A DNA stretch of 64,000 nucleotides from Lingula anatina (lineage: Eukaryota; Animalia; Brachiopoda). Each line of letters opens with the position of its first letter. Positions within the stretch are counted from its first letter, which is position 1. Below are positions 1-12,559 of this stretch, piece by piece. The notes beneath the pieces are model-generated. The model did no database searches. It was not told where the DNA came from and was given only the letters and a program-made list of their open reading frames with translations. The DNA lies in NCBI GenBank assembly GCA_051362555.1, contig CM120643.1:21146848-21210847 (forward strand), written 5' to 3'. The translations under genes and the position numbers were made by a program.

Positions 1-1049
1 CAGTTAATACTTGCGAATTTGAATTTTATATCAATGTCTTCCAACGCTATTCAAACCTCTGCTCCTGACTTAATAACGATTTAATATCTCCCCTGATGAA
101 AATGGGTGAACTGAATATCATAAATGAAAAACTCGTTCTTGAAAATTGAGATTCATTGCACATCACTGTGTCCACCCTTTCCTTCCGCTACTGGGAGCCT
201 GCAGCTAAATTGTATGGAAAACTCCACTTTCCAAATACAAACCAATCAAAATCCTGAACACGGTTCTGAAGTAGTAGTTATGAGGTTCATTTATTGGTAT
301 CACTTGAGGTGCAATTATGGCGACGGGGGTGACAGGCACAGGTGGTAAAAATGTGTCCACGGAACGTGTGAAAAAGCGCTGCAAAATAGTACCTGTATGT
401 TTATTGGTGCTCTGACAAAAAGGGCATCAAAATACATAAAAGATCCACGCCTAAAATCGCGAATCCATTTACAGTCGTACGCGACGGCAGTGCTTCGCAT
501 CTCCAATACCGCTTGAATTAGACAAATGGGTGAAGAGACTTAGGCTTCTTGCTGAGGAGAAAAACATAGGTAAACCGAACAATCAGCTTAAAGCTGAATA
601 AAAGATGGGTTTAATGTTTAAATGTTCAAATATATGAGTCTGCAACATACTGCTTACGATTTGGTTGTAAAATTCAATCTGTGCATTTAATGTTAAAAAG
701 ATATACTTTCCAATGTTCAGCGCAACGACCAAGTGATGCTCATGTTGATTATATTGGGAATTAAACATTATGTGGCTGAGGGGTATTCAGATAATTCATT
801 TGACACAGTACAAGAGATAATTTAAAACCAGAATGGTGAAATATGATTTAGGAATAAAATAGGATGTAGAATAACGGAGCACCATGAGAATAAAATGTAA
901 GATAAGACAAGGGTTTATTGAGCCGCGTAAGCACCGTTCCCATAACCATATAGCACTAGCTGCATCGATCTAACTCGGCAGGGATTCTCGCTAAATAGAA
1001 TTCAGTGTAAGCAACTTTAATGTCTGACACGTCTACTCAAGCTGCTAAG

Positions 1050-1750
1050 GGGTAATTAACGCTATATTAAACGCCTCTGTTCAACTGAGTCGGCGTTATC
1101 ACTGATAAAATCATCAACAAAATTTACAATGCAATAACTCTCATAGGACAAAACACGGTCATGCATGAAGAAGCTATGCAAACATGGCAACGGAACACAA
1201 TCTTTGGGCACGCCTGTATTTAAAACAATTATATGAGACATACTCGTACCCACTGACTTCTGTATAGAAAAAATCTAAGAACCAATGGCATATAAAAAGG
1301 GCATTTTAGTTAATTTAAAAGCTAAGCTCAAAATAGTTTTGTGGATTAATGGTGCAAATAGCCGCACTGTAGTCTATATTTAAGATCCTTGCATACGTGT
1401 TTTCTTGAAAACGTGTTCTAAAATGTTGTGCATGCACATACTAAGGGCGTCGCCCACACTTCCATTGTGTCTTATGCAAATTGAAAAGGATCAAGGGTCT
1501 CTGGCACAATGGTTTTCATATACAACACAACCAGTTTTTCGAGAGTTCTCATGGGAACTGGAGTAAATGCTACCGGCCAGAGATCGTTCAGACACGAAAC
1601 TGTTTCGGGCTTAGGCACAGAATGATAGTAGCTGTCTTCCATGCTTGCGGAACTCGCTGAGAGCGAAGTGATAGGTCATAGATATCCGTGAATACGTGCG
1701 CCAGTTGTGCTGCACCCGTCTTCAGACGCCTTGGCAATTCTTCACCGCAC
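1050..1750 (-). mobile_element. Degraded LINE reverse transcriptase fragment (Rex1/Babar-like)
   Basis: Frameshifted pieces LKTGAAQLAHVFTDIYDLSL, VPKPETVSCLND..PVAFTP, LDPFQFA, VLNTGVPKDCV, NFVDD resemble the intact LINE RT at 24.2-25.2 kb. Confidence 0.8.
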
Positions 1751-2324
1751 GATTGGGTGGAAATTAAATACTTGTTGTATGATTGATTTTCAAAGATATC
1801 ATATACTTCCATTCATTTATTTTCTACTGGTGGCCAGTGATTGAGACACTTATAATTATGCTATGCTAATATTGCATTGTATGCATTCTAAGCTGCTTTT
1901 TTTCAATGAGTATACTAAACTAGTACGAGCTCAGTTTTAAAACAAAAAACAAAAAAACAACAAAAAAAAAAACGAGGTAGGATTTTTGTGAAAAACCAAT
2001 TCTATTAAAGTGGTCTAACAACTTAAGCCCCAAAAAAGACATTATTGTGAAACAGAGTCCTGCCAAGTCGGCGCCGTTCCTAACAGTCCATGTATTTTAT
2101 TCCCCATGGCTACTATGAATACCAGAACTTATTAAATGCGGCTTTTATTTATAGTGTTCCTTTTATAGTCAGTACCATTTAAATGGTTTATTGTCAGTAT
2201 TTCCTATTTTAGATATTATGGCCCGTTGGGAATTTTATAGAATACACCATAAAAGAATTAATTATTTAAAAAAGATTATTATTATTGTTGTTATTTTATT
2301 GTTTTTGTTGTTGTTGTTGAATTA

Positions 2325-2525
2325 CAATACCGCAATGAAAAGAACAACAACAAAATCCGCGAGGAAAAAGATAAGGCCTACCGTAAAAAAGAAGACCGAA
2401 GAAAAGTTTGAGACCAATAACACAAAACAGTTATGGTCAAACATGTCACTTCTTACTCAGTACAAGGGTTCAAAATACGTAATGAATGATGGCGACAAAA
2501 CACTTCCCGATAACTTGAACCAAAA
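2325..2525 (+). mobile_element. LINE ORF2 linker fragment (Rex1-like), opposite orientation to the 1050-1750 piece
   Basis: KKTEEKFETNNTKQLWSNMSLLTQYK...KTLPDNLN resembles the EN-RT linker of Rex1-type ORF2 (recognised from memory). Confidence 0.5.
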
Positions 2526-2901
2526 GTGCATGATTCGCCTATGTCAACAACACGGACTAATGTCGTCTCCACCATGTGTTTACAATCATTACGGTTATAT
2601 GCCAAACAGTTCGACAGTGTTGCAATTTACGTTTAACACGTGTTTCAAGCAAGTTTATCCTCTTTTTGAAATCTTATTTACCAGTCTAAGATCAGAAATG
2701 TTTTAAGTCGCAGGTCCTGCTCAACATAAACGCATTTTCGAAGAAAATCTAATTGTCCCTGTCAAAAGAATGTCAACTGGTACTCGTACTAGAATCAATG
2801 TAACCTTCAATTAATTTTAAGTATTTACATTAAAAATTAGGTCATATTAATAATCTTCTAAAAATCCCATTCATTGTTAACTCTATTTCAGATAGAAAAG
2901 C

Positions 2902-5900
2902 ATGCGAAGATTCCTCTTGAGCATTGCCATCTTTTCAACAATATGGAATAAAGCAGTAGCACCAGTAGGAACCGGTGGTCCACCAGGAACAGGGGGTCCA
3001 CCGGGTACAGGGGGTCCACCAGGCACAGGAGGTCCACCAGGCACAGGTGGTCCACCAGGGACAGGAGGGCCACCAGGAACAGGGGGTCCACCAGGCACAG
3101 GGGGTCCACCAGGAACAGGAGGTCCACCAGGCACAGGAGGTCCACCAGGAACAGGAGGTCCACCTGGAACAGGGGGTCCACCTGGAACAGGAGGGCCACC
3201 AGGCACGGGAGGACCACCAGGAACAGGAGGACCACCAGGAACAGGAGGACCACCAGGAACAGGAGGTCCACCAGGAACAGGAGCTCCACCAGGAACAGGA
3301 GGTCCACCAGGGACGGGAGGTCCACCTGGAACGGGAGGGCCACCAGGCACGGGAGGTCCACCAGGCACGGGAGGTCCACCAGGAACAGGAGGGCCACCAG
3401 GAACAGGAGGTCCACCAGGAACAGGAGGGCCACCAGGAACAGGAGGTCCACCCGGAACAGGAGGTCCACCAGGAACAGGAGGGCCACCAGGAACAGGGGG
3501 TCCACCAGGCACAGGGGGTCCACCAGGAACAGGAGGTCCACCGGGAACAGGAGGGCCACCGGGAACAGGGGGTCCACCAGGCACAGGAGGTCCACCAGGA
3601 ACAGGAGGTCCACCAGGAACGGGAGGTCCACCAGGAACGGGAGGGCCACCAGGCACGGGAGGACCACCAGGCACAGGAGGACCACCAGGAACAGGAGGAC
3701 CGCCAGGAACAGGAGGTCCACCAGGAACAGGAGGTCCACCAGGGACGGGAGGGCCACCAGGAACGGGAGGGCCACCAGGCACAGGAGGTCCACCAGGCAC
3801 AGGAGGTCCACCAGGAACAGGAGGGCCACCAGGAACAGGAGGTCCACCAGGAACAGGAGGGCCACCAGGAACAGGAGGTCCACCCGGAACAGGAGGGCCA
3901 CCAGGAACAGGAGGTCCACCAGGAACGGGAGGACCACCAGGCACGGGAGGTCCACCAGGCACGGGAGGTCCACCTGGAACAGGGGGTCCACCTGGAACAG
4001 GAGGGCCACCAGGCACAGGAGGACCACCAGGAACAGGAGGTCCACCAGGAACAGGAGGTCCACCAGGGACGGGAGGTCCACCAGGAACGGGAGGGCCACC
4101 AGGCACGGGGGGTCCACCAGGAACAGGAGGTCCACCAGGAACAGGAGGTCCACCAGGAACAGGAGGTCCACCAGGAACGGGAGGGCCACCAGGCACGGGA
4201 GGTCCACCAGGCACAGGAGGTCCACCAGGAACAGGAGGTCCACCAGGAACAGGAGGTCCACCAGGAACGGGAGGACCACCAGGCACGGGAGGTCCACCAG
4301 GGACGGGAGGGCCACCAGGCACAGGTGGTCCACCGGGCACAGTAGGTCCACCAGGAACAGGAGGTCCACCAGGAACAGGAGGGCCACCAGGAACAGGGGG
4401 GCCACCAGGCACAGGGGGTCCACCAGGAACGGGAGGACCACCAGGCACGGGAGGTCCACCAGGCACGGGAGGTCCACCTGGAACAGGGGGTCCACCAGGA
4501 ACAGGAGGGCCACCAGGAACAGGAGGTCCACCAGGAACGGGAGGGCCACCAGGCACGGGAGGTCCACCAGGCACAGGAGGTCCACCAGGAACAGGAGGGC
4601 CACCAGGAACAGGAGGGCCACCAGGAACAGGAGGGCCACCAGGAACAGGAGGTCCACCAGGAACAGGAGGTCCACCAGGAACGGGAGGACCACCAGGCAC
4701 GGGAGGTCCACCAGGGACGGGAGGGCCACCAGGCACAGGTGGTCCACCAGGCACAGGAGGTCCACCAGGAACAGGAGGTCCACCAGGAACAGGAGGTCCA
4801 CCAGGAACAGGAGGGCCACCAGGAACAGGGGGGCCACCAGGCACAGGGGGTCCACCAGGAACAGGAGGTCCACCAGGAACAGGAGGTCCACCAGGGACGG
4901 GAGGTCCACCAGGTACTGGAGGCCCACCAGGAACAGGAGGGCCACCAGGAACAGGAGGGCCACCAGGCACGGGAGGTCCACCAGGCACGGGAGGTCCACC
5001 AGGAACGGGAGGGCCACCAGGAACAGGAGGGCCACCAGGAACAGGAGGTCCAACAGGAACGGGAGGGCCACCAGGAACAGGAGGGCCACCAGGAACAGGG
5101 GGTCCACCAGGCACAGGAGGTCCACCAGGAACAGGAGGTCCACCAGGAACGGGAGGGCCACCAGGCACGGGAGGTCCTCCAGGCACGGGAGGTCCACCAG
5201 GAACAGGAGGGCCACCAGGAACAGGAGGGCCACCAGGAACAGGAGGGCCACCAGGAACAGGAGGTCCACCCGGAACAGGAGGTCCACCAGGAACAGGAGG
5301 GCCACCAGGAACAGGGGGTCCACCAGGCACAGGGGGTCCACCGGGAACAGGAGGTCCACCGGGAACAGGAGGGCCACCGGGAACAGGAGGTCCACCAGGA
5401 ACAGGAGGGCCACCAGGAACAGGGGGTCCACCAGGCACAGGGGGTCCACCAGGAACAGGAGGTCCACCGGGAACAGGAGGGCCACCGGGAACAGGGGGTC
5501 CACCAGGCACAGGAGGTCCACCAGGAACAGGAGGTCCACGAGGAACAGGAGGACCACCAGGAACAGGAGGTCCACCAGGAACAGGAGGTCCACCAGGAAC
5601 AGGAGGGCCACCAGGAACAGGGGGTCCACCAGGCACGGGAGGTCCACCAGGAACGGGAGGGCCACCAGGAACAGGAGGTCCACCAGGAACAGGAGGTCCA
5701 CCAGGAACAGGAGGGCCACCAGGAACAGGAGGGCCACCAGGAACAGGGGGTCCACCAGGAACAGGAGGTCCACCAGGAACGGGAGGACCACCAGGCACGG
5801 GAGGTCCACCAGGGACGGGAGGGCCACCAGGCACAGGTGGTCCACCAGGCACAGGAGGTCCACCAGGAACAGGAGGGCCACCAGGAACAGGAGGTCCACC

Positions 5901-8900
5901 AGGAACAGGAGGGCCACCAGGAACAGGGGGTCCACCAGGAACAGGAGGGCCACCAGGAACAGGAGGTCCACCAGGAACAGGAGGGCCACCAGGAACAGGG
6001 GGTCCACCAGGAACAGGAGGTCCACCAGGCACAGGAGGTCCACCAGGAACAGGAGGGCCACCAGGAACAGGGGGGGCACCAGGCACAGGGGGTCCACCAG
6101 GAACAGGAGGTCCACCGGGAACAGGAGGTCCACCTGGAACAGGAGGACCACCAGGAACAGGAGGACCACCAGGAACAGGAGGTCCACCAGGGACGGGAGG
6201 TCCACCAGGAACGGGAGGGCCACCAGGCACGGGAGGTCCACCAGGCACGGGAGGTCCACCAGGCACAGCAGGTCCACCAGGAACAGGAGGGCCACCAGGA
6301 ACAGGAGGGCCACCAGGAACAGGAAGTCCACCAGGAACAGGAGGTCCACCAGGAACGGGAGGACCACCAGGCACGGGAGGTCCACCAGGGACGGGAGGGC
6401 CACCAGGCACAGGTGGTCCACCAGGCACAGGAGGTCCACCAGGAACAGGAGGTCCACCAGGAACAGGAGGTCCACCAGGAACAGGAGGGCCACCAGGAAC
6501 AGGGGGGCCACCAGGCACAGGGGGTCCACCAGGAACAGGAGGTCCACCAGGAACAGGAGGTCCACCAGGGACGGGAGGTCCACCAGGTACTGGAGGCCCA
6601 CCAGGAACAGGAGGGCCACCAGGAACAGGAGGGCCACCAGGCACGGGAGGTCCACCAGGCACGGGAGGTCCACCAGGAACGGGAGGGCCACCAGGAACAG
6701 GAGGGCCACCAGGAACAGGAGGTCCACCAGGAACAGGAGGGCCACCAGGAACAGGAGGGCCACCAGGAACAGGGGGTCCACCAGGCACAGGAGGTCCACC
6801 AGGAACAGGAGGTCCACCAGGAACGGGAGGGCCACCAGGCACGGGAGGTCCTCCAGGCACGGGAGGTCCACCAGGAACAGGAGGGCCACCAGGAACAGGA
6901 GGGCCACCAGGAACAGGAGGGCCACCAGGAACAGGAGGTCCACCCGGAACAGGAGGTCCACCAGGAACAGGAGGGCCACCAGGAACAGGGGGTCCACCAG
7001 GCACAGGGGGTCCACAGGGAACAGGAGGTCCACCGGGAACAGGAGGGCCACCGGGAACAGGAGGTCCACCAGGAACAGGAGGGCCACCAGGAACAGGGGG
7101 TCCACCAGGCACAGGGGGTCCACCAGGAACAGGAGGTCCACCGGGAACAGGAGGGCCACCGGGAACAGGGGGTCCACCAGGCACAGGAGGTCCACCAGGA
7201 ACAGGAGGTCCACCAGGAACAGGAGGACCACCAGGAACAGGAGGTCCACCAGGAACAGGAGGTCCACCAGGAACAGGAGGGCCACCAGGAACAGGGGGTC
7301 CACCAGGCACGGGAGGTCCACCAGGAACGGGAGGGCCACCAGGAACAGGAGGTCCACCAGGAACAGGAGGGCCACCAGGAACAGGAGGGCCACCAGGAAC
7401 AGGAGGGCCACCAGGAACAGGGGGTCCACCAGGAACAGGAGGTCCACCAGGAACGGGAGGACCCCCAGGCACGGGAGGTCCACCAGGGACGGGAGGGCCA
7501 CCAGGCACAGGTGGTCCACCAGGCACAGGAGGTCCACCAGGAACAGGAGGGCCACCAGGAACAGGAGGTCCACCAGGAACAGGAGGGCCACCAGGAACAG
7601 GGGGTCCACCAGGAACAGGAGGGCCACCAGGAACAGGAGGTCCACCAGGAACAGGAGGGCCACCAGGAACAGGGGGTCCACCAGGAACAGGAGGTCCACC
7701 AGGCACAGGAGGTCCACCAGGAACAGGAGGGCCACCAGGAACAGGGGGGGCACCAGGCACAGGGGGTCCACCAGGAACAGGAGGTCCACCGGGAACAGGA
7801 GGTCCACCTGGAACAGGAGGACCACCAGGAACAGGAGGACCACCAGGAACAGGAGGTCCACCAGGGACGGGAGGTCCACCAGGAACGGGAGGGCCACCAG
7901 GCACGGGAGGTCCACCAGGCACGGGAGGTCCACCAGGAACAGGAGGGCCACCAGGAACAGGAGGTCCACCCGGAACAGGAGGTCCACCAGGCACAGGAGG
8001 TCCACCCGGAACAGGAGGGCCACCAGGAACAGGAGGTCCACCAGGAACGGGAGGTCCACCAGGAACAAGAGGTCCACCAGGAACGGGAGGTCCACCTGGA
8101 ACAGGAGGACCACCAGGAACAGGAGGTCCACCGGGCACAGGAGGTCCACCGGGCACAGGAGGTCCACCGGGCACAGGAGCTCCACCAGGAACGGGAGGTC
8201 CACCTGGAACAGGAGGTCCACCAGGAACAGGAGGTCCACCAGGCACAGGAGGACCACCAGGCACAGGAGGTCCACCAGGAACAGGAGGTCCACCTGGAAC
8301 AGGAGGTCCACCTGGAACAGGAGGACCACCAGGAACAGGAGGACCACCAGGAACAGGTGGTCCACCAGGCACAGGAGGTCCATCAGGCACAGGAGGACCA
8401 CCAGGAACAGCAGGACCACCAGGAACAGGAGGTCCACAAGGCACAGGAGGTCCACCTAGCACAGGTGGCCCACCAGGGACAGGAGGACCACCTGGAACGG
8501 GAAGTCCACCAGGAACAGGAGGTCCACCAGGAACAGGTGGTCCACCAGGGACGGGAGGTCCACCAGGAACAGAAGGGCCACCAGGGACAGGAGGGCCACC
8601 AGGAACAGGTGGCCCACCAGCGACAGGGGGGCCACCAGGAACAGGAGGTCCACCAGGCACAGGAGGTCCACCAGGAACAGGAGGTCCACCGGGAACAGGG
8701 GGTCCACCTGGAACAGGAGGTCCACCAGGGACAGGAGGTCCACCAGGCACAGGAGGTCCACCAGGAACAGGAGGACCACCAGGAACAGGAGGTCCACCAG
8801 GAACAGGTGGCCCACCAGGCACAGGAGGGCCACTAGGTCCACCAGGTACAGGAGGTCCACCAGGAACAGGAGGTCCACCAGGAACAGGTGGCCCACCAGG

Positions 8901-9205
8901 GACGGGGGGACCACCAGGTACGGGAGGTCCACCGGGCACAGAAGGTCCACCAGGAACAGGAGGGCCACCAGGAACAGGTGGCCCACCAGGGACGGGAGGT
9001 CCACCAGGTACAGGAGGTCCACCAGGAACAGGAGGACCACCAGGTACAGGTGGTCCACCAGGAACAGGAGGACCACCAGGTACAGGTGGCCCACCAGGGA
9101 CAGGAGGTCCACCTGGGACAGGTGGTCCACCTGGGACGGGAGGACCACCAGGAACAGGAGGACCACCTGGTACAGGCGGTCCACCCGGCCAGAAGGGTCA
9201 GAAAG
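2902..9205 (+). CDS. Giant collagen-like protein, coding exon 1: signal peptide + (Gly-Thr-Gly-Gly-Pro-Pro)n array
   Basis: Acceptor tatttcag|2892; in-frame TAG at 2893-2895 just before ATG 2902. N-terminus [20 protein letters not shown] is signal-peptide-like. Open Gly-X-Y frame 2968-9186 with variation mostly at third codon positions. Ends GQKGQK-G|gtatgt (donor 9206, phase 1). Confidence 0.85.
2968..9186 (+). repeat. 18-bp coding minisatellite (consensus GGAACAGGAGGTCCACCA), ~345.5 units, with a 1674-bp higher-order duplication
   Basis: 6219 bp / 18. Rare variants recur exactly 1674 bp apart: aggtactgga 4911/6585, ggtcct 5173/6847, Gly-Ala-Pro gca 6076/7750. Confidence 0.95.
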
Positions 9206-9889
9206 GTATGTGTATATTCTGATATTTGAAACAGCGTTATTGTGCTCCCCCCCCCCCCCAAAAAAAAAATAATAATAATAATTAATAATAATAATAATAA
9301 GGGAACATATAAAAAGTAAAATATAAAAATTTTAGGAAATTGGCTGGACTGACACTTCAGTTTACACATGAATGCTCCCCAAGTTTTAAGTTACCGTAGT
9401 CGATTAAAAATTATTTTCTGCTAAAAATAATGAGTGACCATAAAAAATCATGGAAATTACGAAGAACGAAAGTGTTCCAGTAGTTGATAAATAAATTTCC
9501 CCCTTTTCTCGCCTTTCCTTGAAATTTGATGGACCTTTGTAGTCTTTAAGAATAAATTTCATCGCCTTTTTTCGGGGATGGCGTGGGGGAGGAAGTCACC
9601 CTGTACAATATTTTTCTGTTTTCTATATCTGATCTAACTCCTTCTCAACGACTAAGGCAACCCCTTCTCAACGACTAACGTAAAACAGCCCATTATATAC
9701 CCGCAGGGTTACAACATTTCTAAAACAGAATGAACGAGTTTTGTTGACTCTTTGCCATCTACGCTGTAGCTCAGGCCAACCTTGTATTTACATGTATCTA
9801 TAAACTATAAATGTGTGTGTTTATTACTTACGAGCAATGAAGTTATCATTACATACAAGTACATGTTGTCAACATCTATGGTGTTGTAG

Positions 9890-10000
9890 GGATGAAAGGA
9901 CTTCCAGGTGGGCCAAAGGGAGAAAAGGGAGAAAAGGGAATGCAAGGGATTCCCGGATTAAACGGATTGGCAGGCCTGAAAGGAATGGCAGGCGTGAAAG
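9890..10000 (+). CDS. Collagen-like gene coding exon 2 (GMKGLPGGPKGEKGEKGMQGIPGLNGLAGLKGMAGVK)
   Basis: ttgtag| acceptor, |gtaaga donor, phase 1-1, continues Gly-X-Y with one imperfection (GGPK). Confidence 0.9.
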
Positions 10001-10796
10001 GTAAGATTGGAGAATGATAAAAGTTATGGATACGTTGCATTAATTGATATACGCGTTCAAATAGCACATGAAAAATGAAACTCATATGCGAAAATACTGC
10101 ATTTAGCAGGACAACACTATATGAGCATTGGATTCAAAGAATGCAGGACAGATCCTTGAACATGCTTAAGAATAAAAGGAAACAGTGGCACATTTTAGGC
10201 GCATGTATCTATTTTGATCAGCAGCGGCTTTCCATGTTACCACCACCAATGTCGTAATACATCATACGCAATACGCGCGTGTTTGTGTGTGCGTGTGTGA
10301 TCGTATTCGTCCCTAAACTAAGAGTCATCAGGTAATTAATGGATGGATTAAGTGGTTAATCTTTTCCAGAAATAGTCTTGTCGTTGTCTTTTGAATAGTC
10401 TCCTGTAGTGAATACAGATGTTTTATTTAGGAGACGTTGTTTCATACACTCGTATAAAAAATTTTGTTTTCACTAGAAAATGTTTTATGAGATAAATTTT
10501 GTTTCACGTGAATACGGACACCTGTGACTCGCGTCCTATTATGAATTGTCTTTGTTTCGTGTGTAGTCTCTAGATAATATCCAGTCTAGACCAGATACAT
10601 GACACTACTATCACCACTGAATGTTCTGATTTTTCAAGACTACATTAACACTTTAATTCCTTACAAAACATCACAGATTTCTATATATGTTGTAACAGGG
10701 TTTCAAAAATAATTAAATTGTATGTTTTTGAACTTTATCGTTCATACTGGATACAAAATGCCTATGTCATCTTGCTTTATCATTCATTTATTTTAG

Positions 10797-10859
10797 GTAT
10801 GAAAGGAAACATGGGCATGAAGGGAAACATGGGCATGAAGGGTTCCAAGGGGTCTCCAG
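10797..10859 (+). CDS. Collagen-like gene coding exon 3 (GMKGNMGMKGNMGMKGSKGSP)
   Basis: ttttag| ... |gtagga; 63 nt = 7 Gly-X-Y triplets, phase 1-1. Confidence 0.9.
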
Positions 10860-10884
10860 GTAGGAAAATGTGGCAACTTTAAAT

Positions 10885-11200
10885 TATTACCTCCTCAAAG
10901 AAGGTTATGGTTTTGGTTCCGCTTGTCTGTTTCTCTTCAGCAAAATTATGGAAAAAAAGTTGTGAACGAAGTTTGATGAAATTGTAAGAAATTGTCGGGG
11001 GGTTACGAAGTAACAAACACTTAGATTTTGGTGTTAAGAATTGATCCTTGAAACAATTGATTTTATTTAATTAATATTAACGAGACTTGAGCTGAGTAAA
11101 TGTTCATTAATCAGAATTGAATAAATAAATAATAAATAATAATGATGAGGGCTGAACTTCATTAGCTGATATCAGCGCTCTTCGAGTGCTTTTCTAATTT
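10885..11200 (+). mobile_element. Non-autonomous Helentron/DINE-1-type (HINE) element in collagen intron
   Basis: Starts ttattacctcctcaaagaaggttatggttt, ends agcgctcttcgagtgcttttctaatt (3' stem-loop); related copy on - strand near 52495-52680. Confidence 0.55.
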
Positions 11201-11254
11201 CATTTTATTAAACTAATCGCTCTAATTTTCTCTTTTTCTTTTTACAGACACGCG

Positions 11255-11290
<36 letters not shown>

Positions 11291-11339
11291 GCACCAAACT
11301 ACCACGGTAAACCTTATCCGTAACTTTATTTGTCATCAG

Positions 11340-11528
11340 GAATGATACTTATGATGCCACCGGCGAGTCAAACGACCGGCTTTACACCGACTGGAACCGG
11401 AGCGGGTTTTGGGACGACCGGAGGTTCCGGAACTACCGGCGGTTCTGGGTTTACCGTTGGGGCCGGAATTTTCACAGGTTTCGCACAAAACAATGCACTG
11501 CTCAATTTATTAGGGATTCAAAATGCTG
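11340..11528 (+). CDS. Collagen-like gene coding exon 4, Gly/Thr/Phe-rich non-collagenous linker
   Basis: catcag| ... |gtgagt, phase 1-1; GMILMMPPASQTTGFTPTGTGAGFGTTGGSGTTGGSGFTVGAGIFTGFAQNNALLNLLGIQNA. Confidence 0.85.
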
Positions 11529-11823
11529 GTGAGTTTATTTGAGATAAAAGGTGTTACTTCACGCATGATAAACTGCATAAATATAAACGGATTTTTGGCT
11601 GTTTAATTGACAACGTATTACAGACATCATTAACAACTTTCCTTAGTTGATTGTTCATTCCCGATCCACTGAATACACGGTATAAGTAGAAACATTATTA
11701 TTTAATTTTATGCCCCCTTTTTGTTTTACGGAGTTAGATGTATTACGCAGATCAAAAATGAGGAATAATATTGAGAGTTACAGGTAAAGTTAAAGGACAC
11801 ATTTACATTCAACGTATTATACC

Positions 11824-11866
<43 letters not shown>

Positions 11867-11867
11867 G

Positions 11868-12008
11868 CCGCAACGGTTTCGTCTCTCTTTAACACTGGGT
11901 TCTTCGGACAAAACTTTGGACTAAACCTGGGACAAACCGTCGGGCAAAACCTTGGAATTAACCTGGGACAAAACTTTGGCCAGACCACACAAGGAACAAA
12001 TATTTTCG
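11868..12008 (+). CDS. Collagen-like gene coding exon 5, GQN(F/L)G repeats; GC donor at 12009 or read-through to TAG at 12019
   Basis: Long poly-T tract + atag| acceptor; AATVSSLFNTGFFGQNFGLNLGQTVGQNLGINLGQNFGQTTQGTNIF-G|gcaagt. Confidence 0.8.
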
Positions 12009-12192
12009 GCAAGTTTTAGTAGATATGTAAAGTGATATGATTTATTGTAATATCTTAATGAAGTTTTAATAAGATTTTAATATTTCTTAATTTTTTATAT
12101 ATTTTGGTAATTGTGTTCTTAAATCTTTGTTTTTAAAAGAAAACAAGTCTACTGAACATTTTAATGGATTTCAAACTTAAATAAATAAATAA

Positions 12193-12194
<2 letters not shown>

Positions 12195-12253
<59 letters not shown>
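12195..12253. repeat. (ATT)n microsatellite
   Basis: Direct observation. Confidence 0.95.
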
Positions 12254-12255
<2 letters not shown>

Positions 12256-12559
12256 ATGAAGAAAATTGTGATACCCCGTTTGAAAATTTTACATCAAAGA
12301 ACAAAGTTATCTTCATTTTGAACACTTAATTGAACCTACCTGTAAATACATGTCGCAGATCAGTACTAAAGTTGTCATTTACAAACCACATTCGAGTCAA
12401 TAAATAATAATGAAACAATAAATAAATGAGTAAATATTCCTATCACATCTCTGGTTCGATGAATTTGTTGTTTTTTCTTGAATTTCCTATTATTTAATTA
12501 TACTGATAGTAACAAATGTCTGGTAACTGGTTTTATTCATTATCATTTATTTTCTCTAG

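Noticed and set aside
940-2110. Weak inverted similarity (ctcggcagggattct / agagtcctgccaag) flanking the LINE fragment, suggesting capture by a DNA transposon
   Set aside because: Too short and diverged to define TIRs or a TSD by eye.
2191-2706. 171-aa ORF as an upstream TM exon of the collagen gene (type II topology)
   Set aside because: The hydrophobic part is an (ATT/GTT)n microsatellite, the rest is LINE-like, and an in-frame TAG precedes ATG 2902.
2888-8836. Long (VDLLFL)n and (QEVHQE)n ORFs
   Set aside because: Shadow frames of a stop-poor 18-bp repeat; third-position variation is non-synonymous in them.
2883-8939. 2018-aa antisense ORF (VPGGPP)n, elastin-like
   Set aside because: This antisense frame shares wobble positions with the sense frame, so its openness and constancy follow automatically. 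It has no signal peptide or exon continuation, whereas the + frame splices into further collagen exons.
2968-9186. CRISPR array or non-coding satellite
   Set aside because: No unique spacers, eukaryotic context, and a codon-structured substitution pattern.
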